Assembly (NCBI GenBank): GCA_020137815.1
Contig: CM035362.1
Coordinates: forward strand, 4,898,001-4,962,000
Reading direction: 5' to 3'
Origin: Hormiphora californensis
Lineage: Eukaryota > Animalia > Ctenophora
Length of the DNA stretch: 64,000 nt
The translations under genes and the position numbers were made by a program. The notes beneath the pieces are model-generated. The model was not told the DNA's origin. It worked only from the letters and a program-made list of their open reading frames with translations, and searched no databases. Positions 1-15,700 of this stretch are shown here, in pieces (position 1 is the first letter of the stretch; each line of letters starts with the position of its first letter).

Positions 1-427
1 GGTGCTTACTTCACTTTGACAACTTTTACTACAGACAACATATGTACATGTGTACCATGCCAAACTAATTAAATTAAATTTTATTTTTCCAAAAGTTTCC
101 AAATTACCTCTTCATCAAAAAGTTTTGTAAAGGTTGCAAAGATTGAGTTTTGGGGATCGGGGCCTTTAGTGGTTGCCATGGTTACCCCGACAGCCGCGTT
201 ACCAAGGCGATTCAAACTCATATTGCTGGGTAACACGCCCCACAAACACAAATCTTAGAAAAATGCAAGTGCAGTTTAATAAACTAATCTAGTCATGTAT
301 TTCAAGTGAATTGACACACAATGTGAAATGGAGTAAGAATATGAAGAAATTAATTAGGAAATTTTAACGAACTACGAAACGGCAGTGGGAGTCGGAAGGA
401 AAGTCGTTTAGAATTGATCTTGAAACA

Positions 428-428
428 A

Positions 429-518
<90 letters not shown>

Positions 519-555
519 GTCTCTCTCTCTCTCTCTCCTCTCTCTTCTCTCTCTC

Positions 556-623
<68 letters not shown>

Positions 624-640
624 ATCTTCATCTTTCTCTC
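428..640. repeat. (CT)n microsatellite; others at ~3810-4660, 4750-4975, 10782-10848, 35068-35162, 53750-54075, 62800-62885
   Basis: Dinucleotide tracts, the source of spurious SL/RE ORFs. Confidence 0.95.
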
Positions 641-1848
641 TTCATCTCTGCAGTTCCGTGATCGTCGGAGCGTACTGTTTTGTTGCGAGACAGGTTTGAA
701 AATTATAGTACACGGAAGAGAAACCGAGAGAAACCGAGAGTGAAAAGATAAAGATGGTGTCGTGAGAGAGATAGAGATGGTGTGAGAGAGATAGAGAGAT
801 AGAAAGATAGAAAGATAGAGAGATAGAAAAATAAATATTCACAACACAACAACTCTCTCCCACGCGATCTTGATAAACTATTACACAGTGTAATACAGGA
901 AACTATAATTGAAGAGAGAAAGAGAAAGAGAGAGTGGGAGAGAGAGAGAGAGAGGTGGGCGCATGGTGGGAATTAGTGGTTGATTGGTCTGTGATTGAGA
1001 TGGGGAGAGATGCTTGAGCTAGTTTCACCGGCTGTGAATTGTGGCAACACCCTTCACCATAAGGCATAAATCTAACTATAATAAATAATTACAATTAATT
1101 ACAATATAAATCTAACTATGATTACACCAACATGATTATTGTTTGTGACTTTCCCATGGGAAGAGATGCAGTCATTAGGACTAGCTGAGGGATGGAAACC
1201 TAGCCTGTTAGGATCGAGTGGGTTGTTGAGGCGTGCAGATCAAGGCTCATGTGGAGGGACTGACCCCTGTGGTGATCTCACGTAGTTCAGAGTTTGGTCA
1301 GGCATAGAAGACTCAGGATGTTACAACGTGTTGGTACTACAATGAAGACTTCAATGAAGACTTCGAAAGATTTGGTAAAGCAGAGCTGGGTTAAAAACTA
1401 AAAGGAATGATTTTGTAAAATGTAAAATACTAAAATGCTGAAAGACCAAGGATGTCCATGGCAGTGAGAAAAATGTATAGTTTGGGATTCGTAATCAGGT
1501 GGGAAATTGAAAGTTAGAGCTCCCACGGATGGTAGAATTAGAAAGTTATGTGCAACAAGACTACGAGAATTTTAACTTAACTGTCAAACAAAGCAGTGGT
1601 AGAGAGAGGAGAGAGAGGAGAGAGAGGCGAGAAGATAGACAGAGAGCGCGAGAAGAGAGAGCGCTCGCGAGAAGAAGAAAGTTGTGTGGAGAGTGAGTTA
1701 AGGTTTAGAAGACAAATAAGGCATTGCCTGGCGTTTGGTTTCCAGCAGTAGTCTAGTAAGTGACGAAAACATAGTTTAACTACGACAGGTACTCCCTATT
1801 TGTGAGTCCAGATAGAGCACCGAAAAAAACTCCCAAAACGGGCTCTCA

Positions 1849-2222
1849 AATGGTGGTGCAGGTGGTAAACCCGAAGACGGCAGAGGTTACAACAGCGGTT
1901 CCGGTCCAGATGATGCTGGTCCAACAAGATCAGGTGGTGGATTCGTCGAACGAGTTGGAGTTGAAAATGTTGTCACCGAAGAAATTATAATTTCTGGAGG
2001 AGGCCAAGGTGGTGAACTAGAAAATGGACGAGGCTTCAACAGCGGCTCCGGACCAGATGATGCTGGCCCCACCCACGCTCCAGGTGGTGCAGGTGGTAAA
2101 CCCGAAAACGGCAGAGGTTACAACAGCGGTTCCGGTCCAGATGATGCTGGTCCAACAAGATCAGGTGGTGGATTCGTCGAATGAGTTGGAGTTGAAAATG
2201 TTGTCACCGAAGAAATTTCTGG
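1849..2222 (+). repeat. Orphan ~1.5-unit copy of the R2 coding repeat
   Basis: Near-identical to units around 30140-30510; one C>T change gives TGA (~2182); abrupt ends. Confidence 0.85.
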
Positions 2223-2343
2223 TTATGTTATGTTTTTACTAAAAAAAGAAAAGCATGAGCAAAATTAATATTCAATTGGTTCAAATCACGAATTTATCAG
2301 CTATGTATTTATTAAATGTATAACTGCCAGACATTGTTCTGAC

Positions 2344-2452
2344 CAGGAACCGACCGAAACAAGTAAACAACCAATCAGAACTCGTTATTTAGGTCACGTG
2401 ACTGGTTATCAGCCAATCAGTGACCAGTATTTCTCGATTCGGTCGGTTCCTG
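2344..2452 (+). mobile_element. 109-bp MITE with CAGGAACCGACC TIRs (other copies 5663-5771, 44578-44686, 45276-45358 partial, 45642-45750)
   Basis: TIR caggaaccgaccgaa...ttcggtcggttcctg; five copies in both orientations; imperfect 8-bp flanking duplications at two copies (gttctgac/gcgctgac, atctttag/acccttag). Confidence 0.85.
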
Positions 2453-3013
2453 GCGCTGACCTATCCGATAGGTCCTATCGTGCACTTCGCTCAGAAGAGC
2501 GAGGAGAGGAGAGTCAGGCTAAAAGGATTGGCACGATTTCCTCATTAGACGGGCCCTTCTTATAAGAAATCATTTTGAAACATTTAGAAATGAGTACGAT
2601 CATACAGGGGGCATTTATAATGCAAAAGCATATTATGTACCAATTATATAACGCAAAAATCTTAACTTACAGTTTGAGTAGCACATGTACTACATTTCAC
2701 ACGGTTTGCACTAAAACGTGCATGCTAGTAACGGGTGTTCAACTCAAAATTGCCACCCGTTACACTAAATAAGAAATGTAGATATAGTTTATCAAATGAA
2801 TGCTGTATTGGATTTGGTATGATGGGGCGCTAACAAATATCTTAGTTAATGAGAGGGGGAGCATCGTGGTATCATGTGACGTCTGTGAGGTGGGTTGGTT
2901 GTGGGAATTGGTTGTGTGACGTGTCCAAAGAATTAGTTGGGATTCCAATTTGTTCTCGTCACTTCAAGTTATTCGTTATGTCAGTCGGTGTGTGCTATAA
3001 TGATAAGACTTAC

Positions 3014-3789
3014 TACGACTGTTGAATTCACAAGCAGGCAAGTCTGAAGTGTTGTACTTTTTGGTATTCGCTAAGAAACTGCAGGTAACGACATCATCCC
3101 CTACCAGATTTAGAATATTGCCATCCCGAGAACAGGTAACAGTCAGGTTATCTCCATTATTTTGGATTGGGCCCCAGGAACCAGAGTTGATGATGGAAAA
3201 CTCAGGGCAACCTAAATATAGTGTAAAAATTCAATTCAGGGGGTGGGGTCATCCATTCGAAAACTGTTAGCCTGCAAATACGAGAGGGGGATAATTCAAC
3301 CGTAAACGTTAAAAATTATACCTTTTGTGCAATTAGGTGGATCACTGCTCCACTCCGCATCAGTACTAGAGACAGCATTACAAGTAAGAACACTCTCACC
3401 CTGTAACTCAAAGAAATCTGCACAGGAAACTGTCAAGACATCCCCAATCTTCGCTGTTTCGTATTCAATGAGTGTGTGTGTGTGCAATCGTCAGACCAGG
3501 ACAAACTATAAACGGAAAATGTATAATGGTGGGTATTTAGGGCGGATGATTGGGGCGGATGATTAGGAGGATGGGAGGAATGGTTGGGGTGGATGGGTGG
3601 GGCTGATGGGTGGGACGGATGGATGGGGCAGATGGATGGGGCGGATGGTTTGAACTTACCAATTGGAGGACACTGAGTTGTCGGATTTTCACTCCATTCT
3701 CCCTTTCTGTTGCAGTTCATTTTCTCAGGTCCAATCTTGAGGTGATTTTTTGCGCATCTTATGGAAACATCCTTTTCTCCAAACGTGGT
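3014..3789 (-). CDS. Sushi/CCP (SCR) domain-repeat protein, three internal exons (3789-3660, 3505-3322, 3211-3014); gene ends unresolved
   Basis: AG/GT-bounded exons with phase-1 joins translate to ...DVSIRCAKNHLKIGPEKMNCNRKGEWSENPTTQCPPI / VCPGLTIAH..IEYETAKIGDVLTVSCADFFELQGESVLTCNAVSSTDAEWSSDPPNCTK / GCPEFSIINSG...LTVTCSRDGNILNLVGDDVVTC...LPAC. These match the CCP pattern C-P..C..F/Y-x-L-x-G...C....W...P-x-C. The middle exon needs a frameshift in a (CA)n tract at ~3472-3485. Confidence 0.75.
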
Positions 3790-3922
3790 CTATAATAGTG
3801 GTATATTCACTCTCTCCTCTCTCTCTCTCTCTCTATCTCTCTCTATCTCCTCTGACTCTCTATCTCTCTTCTCCTCTCTCCTCTCGATTACTCTCTCTGC
3901 CTCTACTCTTTACTTATCCTCC

Positions 3923-3958
<36 letters not shown>

Positions 3959-4216
3959 CTCTCTCTCTCTCTCTCTGCTCTCTCTCTCTCTCCTGCCTCT
4001 GTTTCTCTCTGCTCTCTGCTCTCTCTTCTCTCTCTCTCCCTCTCTTCTCGTACCTCATCTCTCTCTCTCTCTCTTCCTCTTCGGCTATCTTCTCTCTATC
4101 TCATCTCTCTCCTCTGCTCTCTCTGCTATCTCCGTTCTTGCTGCATGCTATCTGTCTGTTCTCTGTTCTCTGTCTCTGTCTCTGTCTCTCCTCTCTTTGT
4201 CTCTCTCTTCTGTCTC

Positions 4217-4247
<31 letters not shown>

Positions 4248-4253
4248 TGCGTC

Positions 4254-4295
<42 letters not shown>

Positions 4296-4375
4296 CTCTC
4301 TCTCTCTCTCTCCTCTCTCTACTCCTCTCTCTCTTCTCTCCTCTTCTCTCTCCTCTTCTCTCTCCGCTCTACGTC

Positions 4376-4441
<66 letters not shown>

Positions 4442-4597
4442 CTCTCTTCTCTCTCTCTCTATCTCTCTCTCTCTCTCTCTCTCTGCTCTCTCTCCTCCTC
4501 TCTCATCTTTCTCTCTCGTCTTCTGTTCTCTCTCCTCTCTCTCTCTCTCTCTCTCTACTCTTCTCTTACTCTGCTCTCCTCTCTCTCTTCTCGTCTA

Positions 4598-4631
<34 letters not shown>

Positions 4632-4752
4632 ACTCTGCATTCTCTCTTCTGCTCTCTGAGCGATAGATAGATAGAGAGAAAGATTACCTTTGATTACCTT
4701 TGACTTGTTCAGTTAAGGGCTAGGTGGATGAACACTATCCACTATTAGAGAT

Positions 4753-4979
<227 letters not shown>

Positions 4980-5140
4980 TCGGGGATCCTCGGGGATCCT
5001 CGGAGGAGGTTCAGCGGTGGTACCGCTCGGTCCCTATATTACAGATATGGGCCATAGTATTACCAGTCCAGAATGCTATTATTATTCCTTCGCATGTGCA
5101 GTCGCGCGCGACGTCGATCTCACTCAGGTATTAATGTGGC

Positions 5141-5331
5141 CAAGCTGAATTTAAGGTGAACCTGGATAGCTTCCTTCGTGAAGTGCCAGATCTACCGCCT
5201 ACACCCGGATATCCATCACAGAACAGAAACTCACTAAGCGAGTTGTGCTGTGGATCCGGAAATGATAAACAAGGCAGTCCATGGAAGGATGGCCCTCTAG
5301 TGAGGATAGGAACATTTCAAAAGTAAAGTAA
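5141..5331 (+). mobile_element. 5'-truncated non-LTR retrotransposon (CR1/L2-like) 3' end
   Basis: QAEFKVNLDSFLREVPDLPPTPGYPSQNRNSLSEL resembles the FK..LD.FL..(I/V)PD.PP..GY...NSL ORF2 C-terminus of invertebrate CR1-like LINEs; ends in aaagtaaagtaa tail. Confidence 0.6.
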
Positions 5332-5465
5332 CGGTAGACTATACAGCACTAATTCAGTAATTCACTGTATCTTTTGGGTTTAGGTCGTATAGTGAAACGG
5401 CCGGTACAGTGGTAAACTATTTTGTCTGGTTCCAGAGATATCGCCCTCTATTATAGAGGGGACAG

Positions 5466-5608
5466 TACAAGCAAAATGATACCCATTCTTCTCGCGTGAC
5501 CCCGTTTCAGCAGTTGGAGACGCCAACTATTTCGAGCTCTAAATAGTTGGTGTCTCCAACTGCTGAAACGGGGTCACGGGAGAAGAATGGGCATCATTTT
5601 GCTGGTAC
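5466..5608. mobile_element. ~140-bp near-perfect palindromic MITE
   Basis: gtacaagcaaaatgat...atcattttgctggtac arms with centre gagctc. Confidence 0.7.
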
Positions 5609-6788
5609 CTACTGTGTCCTAAATCTAAAATGGCTGAGCAGCATACATTTTATTATCTTTAGCAGGAACCGACCAAATCAGGAAATACTGGTCCCTGATC
5701 GGCTGATAACCAGTCACGTGACCTAAATAACGAGTTTTGATTGGTTTTTTACTTGTTTCGGTCGGTTCCTGACCCTTAGCGTGTTTGTTTGTCTCGTGAG
5801 CCCGCCAACGAAACCACGGTATGTAGAACGTAGACCCTGTTAAAACGGAGTTTCCCTATCTGATCGGGCTTTGTATAGGGGTGGAACCACGACTAATCGC
5901 GTTAAAGGCTCAAACACCGTATTCCCACTACAAGCAGCACTGTAACAGTGCTGCTTATAGTGGGAATACGGTGTTTGAATAAAACGGTATTTGACCATTA
6001 CCGTTTCTGAAATACATATATATTTGAAATACATATATATTTCGGTGTCACGTGTTGTCAATCTGGCGCTCTGATTGGTCTCGTCTTACAGTTTTTACTG
6101 ATACCGTGTTGAACCGATACTGTATTCTCACTAGGTACAAGCACCCATGTATGTCTGTTGATTGAGATAACTCTTTACCTATATATGCGGCTTGATTGAT
6201 ATGCACCTCGCTGGATATTATCAGCAGCATCATACAGCCGAGAATTGAGATAAAGTCTCAAGTTATATAGAGCCTATGGGGCCACAGAAAGCATTGCAGT
6301 GCACGTACTGATCCATCACACCGTTATATACTACCGGGGCAGCTCCTACTACTTTGTTGTCTCATATACAAAGACCGTCCTCTTCGCACCGGACCGAAGG
6401 CGGGGTGCGCGATGTACAGTCAGTGCCTGACAACTACTTTGCCACTTTGGTAACGAAGTTACCCCTCGAAGGTATCGCGGTAGTAAGGCACGTTTTAGCA
6501 AGGTAGGGGTAATTTCGTTACCAACTCCTACTGATGAACAATCAATAAAAATTAAAGACCTTCAAAATGTTTTCCTCCTAGCTTTGTTAGGTGAAAAAGA
6601 TGTAGACACTGTGTAACTCGCGACGACTACAGTCGAGCATTTGACCGCTCACTGATCACTCTCTCTCTCACTCTCTCTTATTGGTTTCTGTGGTTTGGGT
6701 GTGTAAGTGTATTGGGTAAGTTTTTTTTGCTTTTACAACAGCATGTGCAGTATAATTTTGGAATGAGGAATTGATCAACGATCAATCA

Positions 6789-6918
6789 TGAGGCCGTTGC
6801 TTGTTTTCATTCACCTGAGATCTCAGGTTTCAGTGACGGCTATTTCCTGAGATTTAAGGCAATATCCGTCACTGAAACCTGATATCTCAGGTCTCAGTGG
6901 AAAATAGCCGCGGCCTCA
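6789..6918. mobile_element. Short palindromic MITE
   Basis: tgaggccg...cggcctca ends; internal tcaggtttcagtgacgg/ccgtcactgaaacctga inverted repeat. Confidence 0.55.
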
Positions 6919-7128
6919 ACCATTGGCCTGACAGTGCGTACGAGCTGTATAATTGGGGATGGGGGGTGGTACTACACACAAGGCCTTTCATGCTTGCTCA
7001 ATCACACCATGAGTTCGAAACACGGGAGGGGTGACTGTTGAGAAAGCATAACAAACCTCAATTAATTACATTTAACACCCGCAGACTCTTCAGGACCGGA
7101 CGAAAGGGTTATAATTTTTATGATAATA

Positions 7129-9271
<2,143 letters not shown>

Positions 9272-9276
<5 letters not shown>

Positions 9277-9877
9277 TCAACCTAGTTATCCCCACACTGA
9301 ATTTTCTGTTTTGGGGGTGGTGTTATAACTTTTGAACAAAAAGAGCTAGCCACTTGAAATTTTTACCATCGATAGAGGTCTACAAGAAGCTTCTAAGTAC
9401 AAAATTTCAGCTTCCTAGCTCTTCCGGTTCGGGAGTTATGGCATGTCAAAAAGTGCCAAAATGGGCTAAAAGTATGAAATAACTATATATACGCTGTGAG
9501 CAAGCGGGCCGTTTTTGGGGGAAATTTTTTTCGGGGGATGGATGGGGTCACCTTTGCGCTTGCCAGCGCAGTGATGTATCAACCTAGTTATCCCCACACT
9601 GAATTTTCTGTTTTGGGGGTGGTGTTATAACTTTTGAACAAAAAGAGCAAGCCACTTGAAATTTTTACCATCGATAGAGGTCTACAAGAAGCTTCTAAGT
9701 ACAAAATTTCAGCTTCCTAGCTCTTCCGGTTCGGGAGTTATGGCATGTCAAAAAGTGCCAAAATGGGCTAAAAGTATGAAATAACTATATATACGCTGTG
9801 AGCAAGCGGGCCGTTTTTGGGGGAATTTTTTTTCGGGGGATGGATGGGGTCACCTTTGCGCTTGCCAGCGCAGTGAT
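9272..9877. repeat. Tandem duplication of a ~303-bp unit
   Basis: tgtatcaacctagttatcccc...cttgccagcgcagtgat occurs twice. Confidence 0.9.
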
Positions 9878-9893
9878 ACAGCTTCGAACGGCA

Positions 9894-10250
9894 TCTATCT
9901 ATCTATCTACGGAGTGCCTGGGCTTGCCAACGGCAAGCCCACAGGGGACTATCGCAAAGCGATATCGCCGGCACTAGGAGAATAGCCCCCTCCCCACCCC
10001 CCCACCATCAGGAACTACCACAGGCAGGTTCGCATTATAGGTGGCGTCGGGTTCGGGAGAGTATAAAACTCCTTCGAAAGTCGCAGGATTCTGTTGCTTC
10101 TTTCCTATGAGTCTTGGCTCCGTGGCTCTATCCCCCTGCGACAAGAGGGGATGTCGCTTTCTATTCTTATCGTTTTACCTAGATAATTGTACGAGGTTTT
10201 GCCACTTAGTCTCATTCCCTCCGTTTTTAGGATTTTAGGACACCCGCATA
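9894..10250 (-). mobile_element. Retroelement-like 3' end with (TAGA)n tail; second copy 56312-56620
   Basis: Both copies share the atctatctatctacggagtgcctgggcttgccaacggcaagccc terminus (hairpin plus microsatellite tail) and diverge away from it. Confidence 0.55.
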
Positions 10251-10778
10251 TATTAGGTGTTTGGGGATTCATTATTATCTTGAATTGGTCTGGCATATAT
10301 GGTAGGTTTATATAGTATAAGTGGCAGGACGGGTATTGTACGTATATGTGTAATGTGAGACCTATCTGTCTGATTAGGACCAATTAATTCCGATTAGGTT
10401 AGAAGGCTGAACTAGCAAGGATTTGTTCTCAGTCCACAGTTTTGCTTAGTATGTATATTGTATATATTGGTGGTGGGCGGGGCGGTTCAGGGCGGTGGAG
10501 GGTATTAGGGCTAGATATTGGATTTGTCGAACGGCAGTATAATCGAAGTTATTTTCCTCTTCCGATAAATCCGGATTTTACCGTAAAGGAATGTCGTAAA
10601 TAAATTAATATAAAATTGTTTGTTTATTTCTTTCTTTAATATTGTATTTTAAATCGTCTGGGCCTCGGACCAGGGCCTGGGTCTCGGACCAGTCGTTCAT
10701 CCTGACTATGCGATATATCTTTGATGTATATTATTACCCGAATAAGTGAAAAAGGAGCCCGCAAGTAAGGCCAAGGAT

Positions 10779-10852
<74 letters not shown>

Positions 10853-11499
10853 CCATGATGCACTAAGCGTGTCTCAATATAAATTACCTCAATATATAAT
10901 GCACGCAGCAGCCTAACAGCATGGTATGCAAGGCTTAGAACGCTGAATGATGAGATATATAATGCGCCCACCATGCGCAAGGATCTCAATATAGTAAATC
11001 AATCCTTCAATGAGTTCTCAACCCCCGCTTAAAATTGGTTTTGAATTTAAAAAAACCCACGGGTTGGGACATAAAATTAGTATTTAACAATAACTATCCC
11101 CCCTTAAGGGGAGGGCAGGTTCCTTCTCTCTATTTAAAATAATAACCCAATGGGGAATCGGGTTCCTTCTCTTCTTTGTAAATAAAAAACAACCCTCTTA
11201 ATAGGGAGTGTGAAGGCCATGGTTACCCCAACCCAACCCCGTTACAAAGGGCGGACAATTTTTAATCCCAACATTTTTCAGATTTCATGGGTGAGGTAAA
11301 AACCCAAAGGAAGGGGAAAAAAACACCCAAAAAAACGGCCCCGGGGAAATATGGGCAAACCATCTTTAAGTTAAAAAAAACCCCAAAAAAACCCAATTTT
11401 AAAGGTCCGCAATTTTTAAACTTAGGTTTAAAGGGTAAAAAACAGGGGGTTTTAACAAACGCCCCCAAAACAGCGCCCTTTTCAGATTTTGTGGTTTTG

Positions 11500-12770
11500 C
11501 AATTTGGGTAAACAAGCCCAGAGGTTACAACACGGCCCCGGCCCAGATTATGTGGCCCCAAACCCCACGCTCTAGGGGTGCAGGTGGAAAACCCGAAGAC
11601 GGAGAGGTTACAAAGCGGCTGGACCAGATTATGCGGCCCCAAAACCCCGCTCTGGGGTGAGGTGGTAAACCCGAAGAGGGGCAGGGGTTACAACAGCGGT
11701 CCGGACCAGATTTGGGGCCCCAAACCCCACGCTCAGGGGGGGAGGTGGTTAAACCCAAAGACGGAAGGGGTTTTAAAACAGCGGCTCGGCCCAGATTTGG
11801 GGGCCCACCCAGTCAGGGGGCAGGTGGTAAACCCGAAGACGGCAGAGGTTACAACAGCGGCTCCGGACCAGATTATGCTGGCCCAACCCACGCTCTAGGT
11901 GGTGCAGGTGGTAAACCCGAAGACGGCAGAGGTTACAACAGCGGCTCCGGACCAGATTATGCTGGCCCATCCCATGCTCTAGGTGGTGCAGGTGGTAAAC
12001 CCGAAGACGGCAGAGGTTACAACAGCGGCTCCGGACCAGATTATGCTGGCCCAACCCACGCTCTAGGTGGTGCAGGTGGTAAACCCGAAGACGGCAGAGG
12101 TTACAACAGCGGCTCCGGACCAGATTATGCTGGCCCAATCCCACTGCTCTAGGTGGTGCAGGTGGTAAACCCGAAGACGGCAGAGGTTACAACAGCGGCT
12201 CCGGACCAGATTATGCTGGCCCAACCCACGCTCTAGGTGGTGCAGGTGGTAAACCCGAAGACGGCAGAGGTTACAACAGCGGCTCCGGACCAGATTATGC
12301 TGGCCCAACCCACGCTCTAGGTGGTGCAGGTGGTAAACCCGAAGACGGCAGAGGTTACAACAGCGGCTCCGGACCAGATTATGCTGGCCCATCCCACTGC
12401 TCTAGGTGGTGCAGGTGGTAAACCCGAAGACGGCAGAGGTTACAACAGCGGCTCCGGACCAGATTATGCTGGCCCAACCCACGCTCAGGTGGTGCAGGTG
12501 GTAAACCCGATGACGGCAGAGGTTCAACAGCGGCTCGGACCAGTTTATGGGGCCCAACCCACGTCAGTGGGCAGGTGGAAACCCGAAGACGGCAAGGGTT
12601 ACAACAGCGGCCCGGACCGAAGCGGCCCCCCCAGTCAGGTGGTGCTGGGTGGTAAAACCAAAGACGGGAGAGGTTACAACAGCGGCTCGGACCAGTTTTG
12701 CGGCCCAACCCACGCCCCCGGGGTGCAGGGGGGGAAACCGAAGACGGCAGAGGTTCAACGGGTTCCGGTA
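11500..12770 (+). repeat. Coding repeat block R1: 84-bp / 28-aa unit GRGYNSGSGPDYAGPTHALGGAGGKPED (~15 copies)
   Basis: Clean units 11821-12490; flanking copies degraded by sequence errors. Confidence 0.85.
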
Positions 12771-15700
12771 AAGTGATGTGGCCCAAACAAGTTCAGAAAA
12801 AAGGCCCCGTTTGGGGGAGGCCAAGGGGGGTGAACTGAAAAGGACGACCTTCAACAGCGGCTGGCCCGATGATGCGGCCCCAAACCCACGCTCCAGGTGG
12901 TGCAGGTGGTAAACCCCGAAGAGGCAGAGGTTACAACAGCGGTTCCGGCCCAATGATGTGGTAACAAATCAGGTGGTGGTTTCGTCAAACGATTTGGATT
13001 TGAAAAGTGTCACGAAGAAATTTTCTGTGGAGGAAAGGGGGTTGAACTAAAAAATGGACGGGGCTTCAACAGGGTCCGGACCAGATGATGCGGGCCCCAA
13101 CCCCAGCTCCGGGTGGGGCAGGTGGTAAACCCCGAAGAGGGCCCCGGGGTTTTCAAAAAAAGCGGTTCCGGGGGCCAGAGATGTGGCCCAACAAGATCGG
13201 GGGTGGGGGGGGATTCGTCGAACGAGTTGGATTTTTGAAAATGTTGTCACCGAAAAAAATTTCGGGTGGAGGCCAAGGTGGTGAACTGAAAATGGACGGG
13301 GGCTTCAACAGCGGCCCCGGACCAGTGATGCTGGCCCCCCCCACGCTCCAGGGGGTTTGCAGGTGGAAACCCCGAAGAGGAGGTTTTTTTTTTTTAAAAC
13401 AGCGGTTGGCCCAGAATGGGGGTCCAACAAGACAGGTGGTGGATTCGGGGAACAAAAAGTTGGATTTGAAAATGTTGTCACCGAAGAAAAAAAAATTTGG
13501 TGGAGGAAAGGGTGGTAAAAAATGGAGAGTTTCGGTGACAGAGAGGGGAAAAGGGGGGAAAACCCAAAGACGGGGGTTCAACAGCGGCCCGGGGCCAGAT
13601 GATGCTGGCCCCAACAAGTCAGGGGTGGTTCGTGAACGAGGGGGGTTAAAAGTTGGCCCAAAAAAATTTCCGGGGGGCCAAGGTGGGGGAAATGAAAAAG
13701 GGGGGGTTAAAGGGTGGCCAAGAGTAAAATGGTGGGCAGGTGGTAAACGAAAGGAGGGGGTTAAAAACAGCGGTTCGCCCGATGGGGTGGCCAAAAGTCG
13801 GGGGGTGTTGCCCCGGGTTTGGGGAAAAAGGGTTTAACGAAAGTTTTGGGGGGAAGGTGGTTTTGGGGTGGAAAAGGGAGGGTAACCGGCCCGGCAGGGA
13901 TTTGCGGGCCCCAACCCCAGCGGTTTGGCGGGGGGCCCCAAGATAGGGTTAAAAAACAGCGGGGTTCCGGTCCAAAAAGGGGGGGTTTGGCCCAAACCCA
14001 AAGATCAGGGGGGACGTCGAAGAGTTTGGGATTTTGGAAAATTTTGTCACCGAAGAATTAAATTTCGGGGGGGAGGACCAAGGGGGGTGGTGAATAGAAA
14101 ATGGACGAGGCTTCAACACGGTGGCCCAGATGATGTGGCCCAACCCAGCTCCAGGGGGTTTGAAGGTGGTAAACCCCAAACGGCAGGGGGGTTACAACAC
14201 GGTTCCCCGGCCCCCGATGTGGGGTTCCAACAAGTCAGGTGGGGGTTTCCCGTCGAACGGAGTTGGATTTGGGAAAAAATGTTGTAACAGAAAAAAATTT
14301 CTGGTGGAGGCCAAGGGGGGTTTGAAAATTTAGAAAAGGGAAAACGAGGCTTAACGCGGTCGGACCAGAGGCTGGCCCCAAACCCCCACGCTCCAGGGGG
14401 GGGGGGGGGGTGGTGTAAAACCCCCAAAAAGGAGAGGTTACAACAGGGGTTCCCCGGCCCCAGATGAGGGGTTTGGTCCAACAAGCGGGTGGGGTTTCGT
14501 CGAACGAGTTGGATTTGGAAAATTTGAAAAACCAAAAGAAATTTTGGTGGAGGAAAGGGGTGGAAAAGGGGAAGGGGTTAAAAGCGGTCCGGGGGACCAG
14601 GGGGTTTTAAACGGAAAAACCCCGGGCCAAAACCATAGGGGGTGCAAAGGGGGAAAAAAACCAAAAAAAGGGGGGAATTTTAAAAGGGCCGGGGTTCCAG
14701 TGGCTGGTTTCCAACCCCAGAATAGGGGGGGTTTTCTAGAAAAACATTGGGAAAAAAGTTAAAAGGAACAAAGGGGGGAAAATTTTAAGGGGGGGAAAAA
14801 TTGAAAAATTTTGGGGTTTGAAGGGGGGTTTAAAAGGCAGGGTACCCAAAAGAAGGCCCGACGAAAAAAGGGTTGGCCATGTGAAAAAATGGGGGGAAAG
14901 GGGTGGGGAAGGTGGAAAAAAAAGGACCGGGGGTTTAAACAGGGCCCGGCCTATGGGCCCCAGCCCCAGGGGTGGGGAATTAAAAAGGGGTTGTAAAGGT
15001 TTGGTTAAACGGAAACAAGAAGGGTGGTTTTTGTGAAAAAGAAAAAGTTTCAAAAGGGGTAAATTTGGTGGAGGCCCCAAGGTGGGGAAAAAGGAAAAGG
15101 CGAGGTTAACAGCGGTCGGCAGATGAGCTGGCCCAACCCCAGGCCCCAGGGGTGGGTTGTAAACCCCAAAACGGAAGGTAAAAGGGTTGGTCAGAGAGTG
15201 GAAAAAGATCAGGGGGTGGTTGTTGAAGATTTGGGTTGAAAATTTGAAAACAAGAATTAATTTTTGGGTGGGGGAAAGGGGGTGAACTAGAAAATGGACG
15301 AGGCTTAAACAGCGGCCCCCGGGACAGATGAGCGGGCCCAACCCCCCCGGGTTTTGGGGGGAGGTGGTAAACCCCCCAAACGGAAGAGGTTACAAAAGCG
15401 GTTGGTCCAGTGATGCTTGGTCCAACAAGATAGGGGTGGATTCGTCGAACGATTTGGATTTGAAAATTTGTCCCCAAAGAAGTTATTTTTCGGGGGTGGA
15501 GGCGAAGGTTGGTTTGAATAAAAAAAATGGACGGGGGTTTTTCAACGCGGCCCGGACCAGTGATTTGGCCCCCAACCCCCACGCCCCAGGGGGGGTGCGG
15601 GGGGAACCCCCCAAAACGGCCAGGGGGTTTACAACAGGGTTCGGTCCGATGATGGGTCCAACAAGATCAGGGGGTTGGTTTTCGTGAACGATGGATTTAA

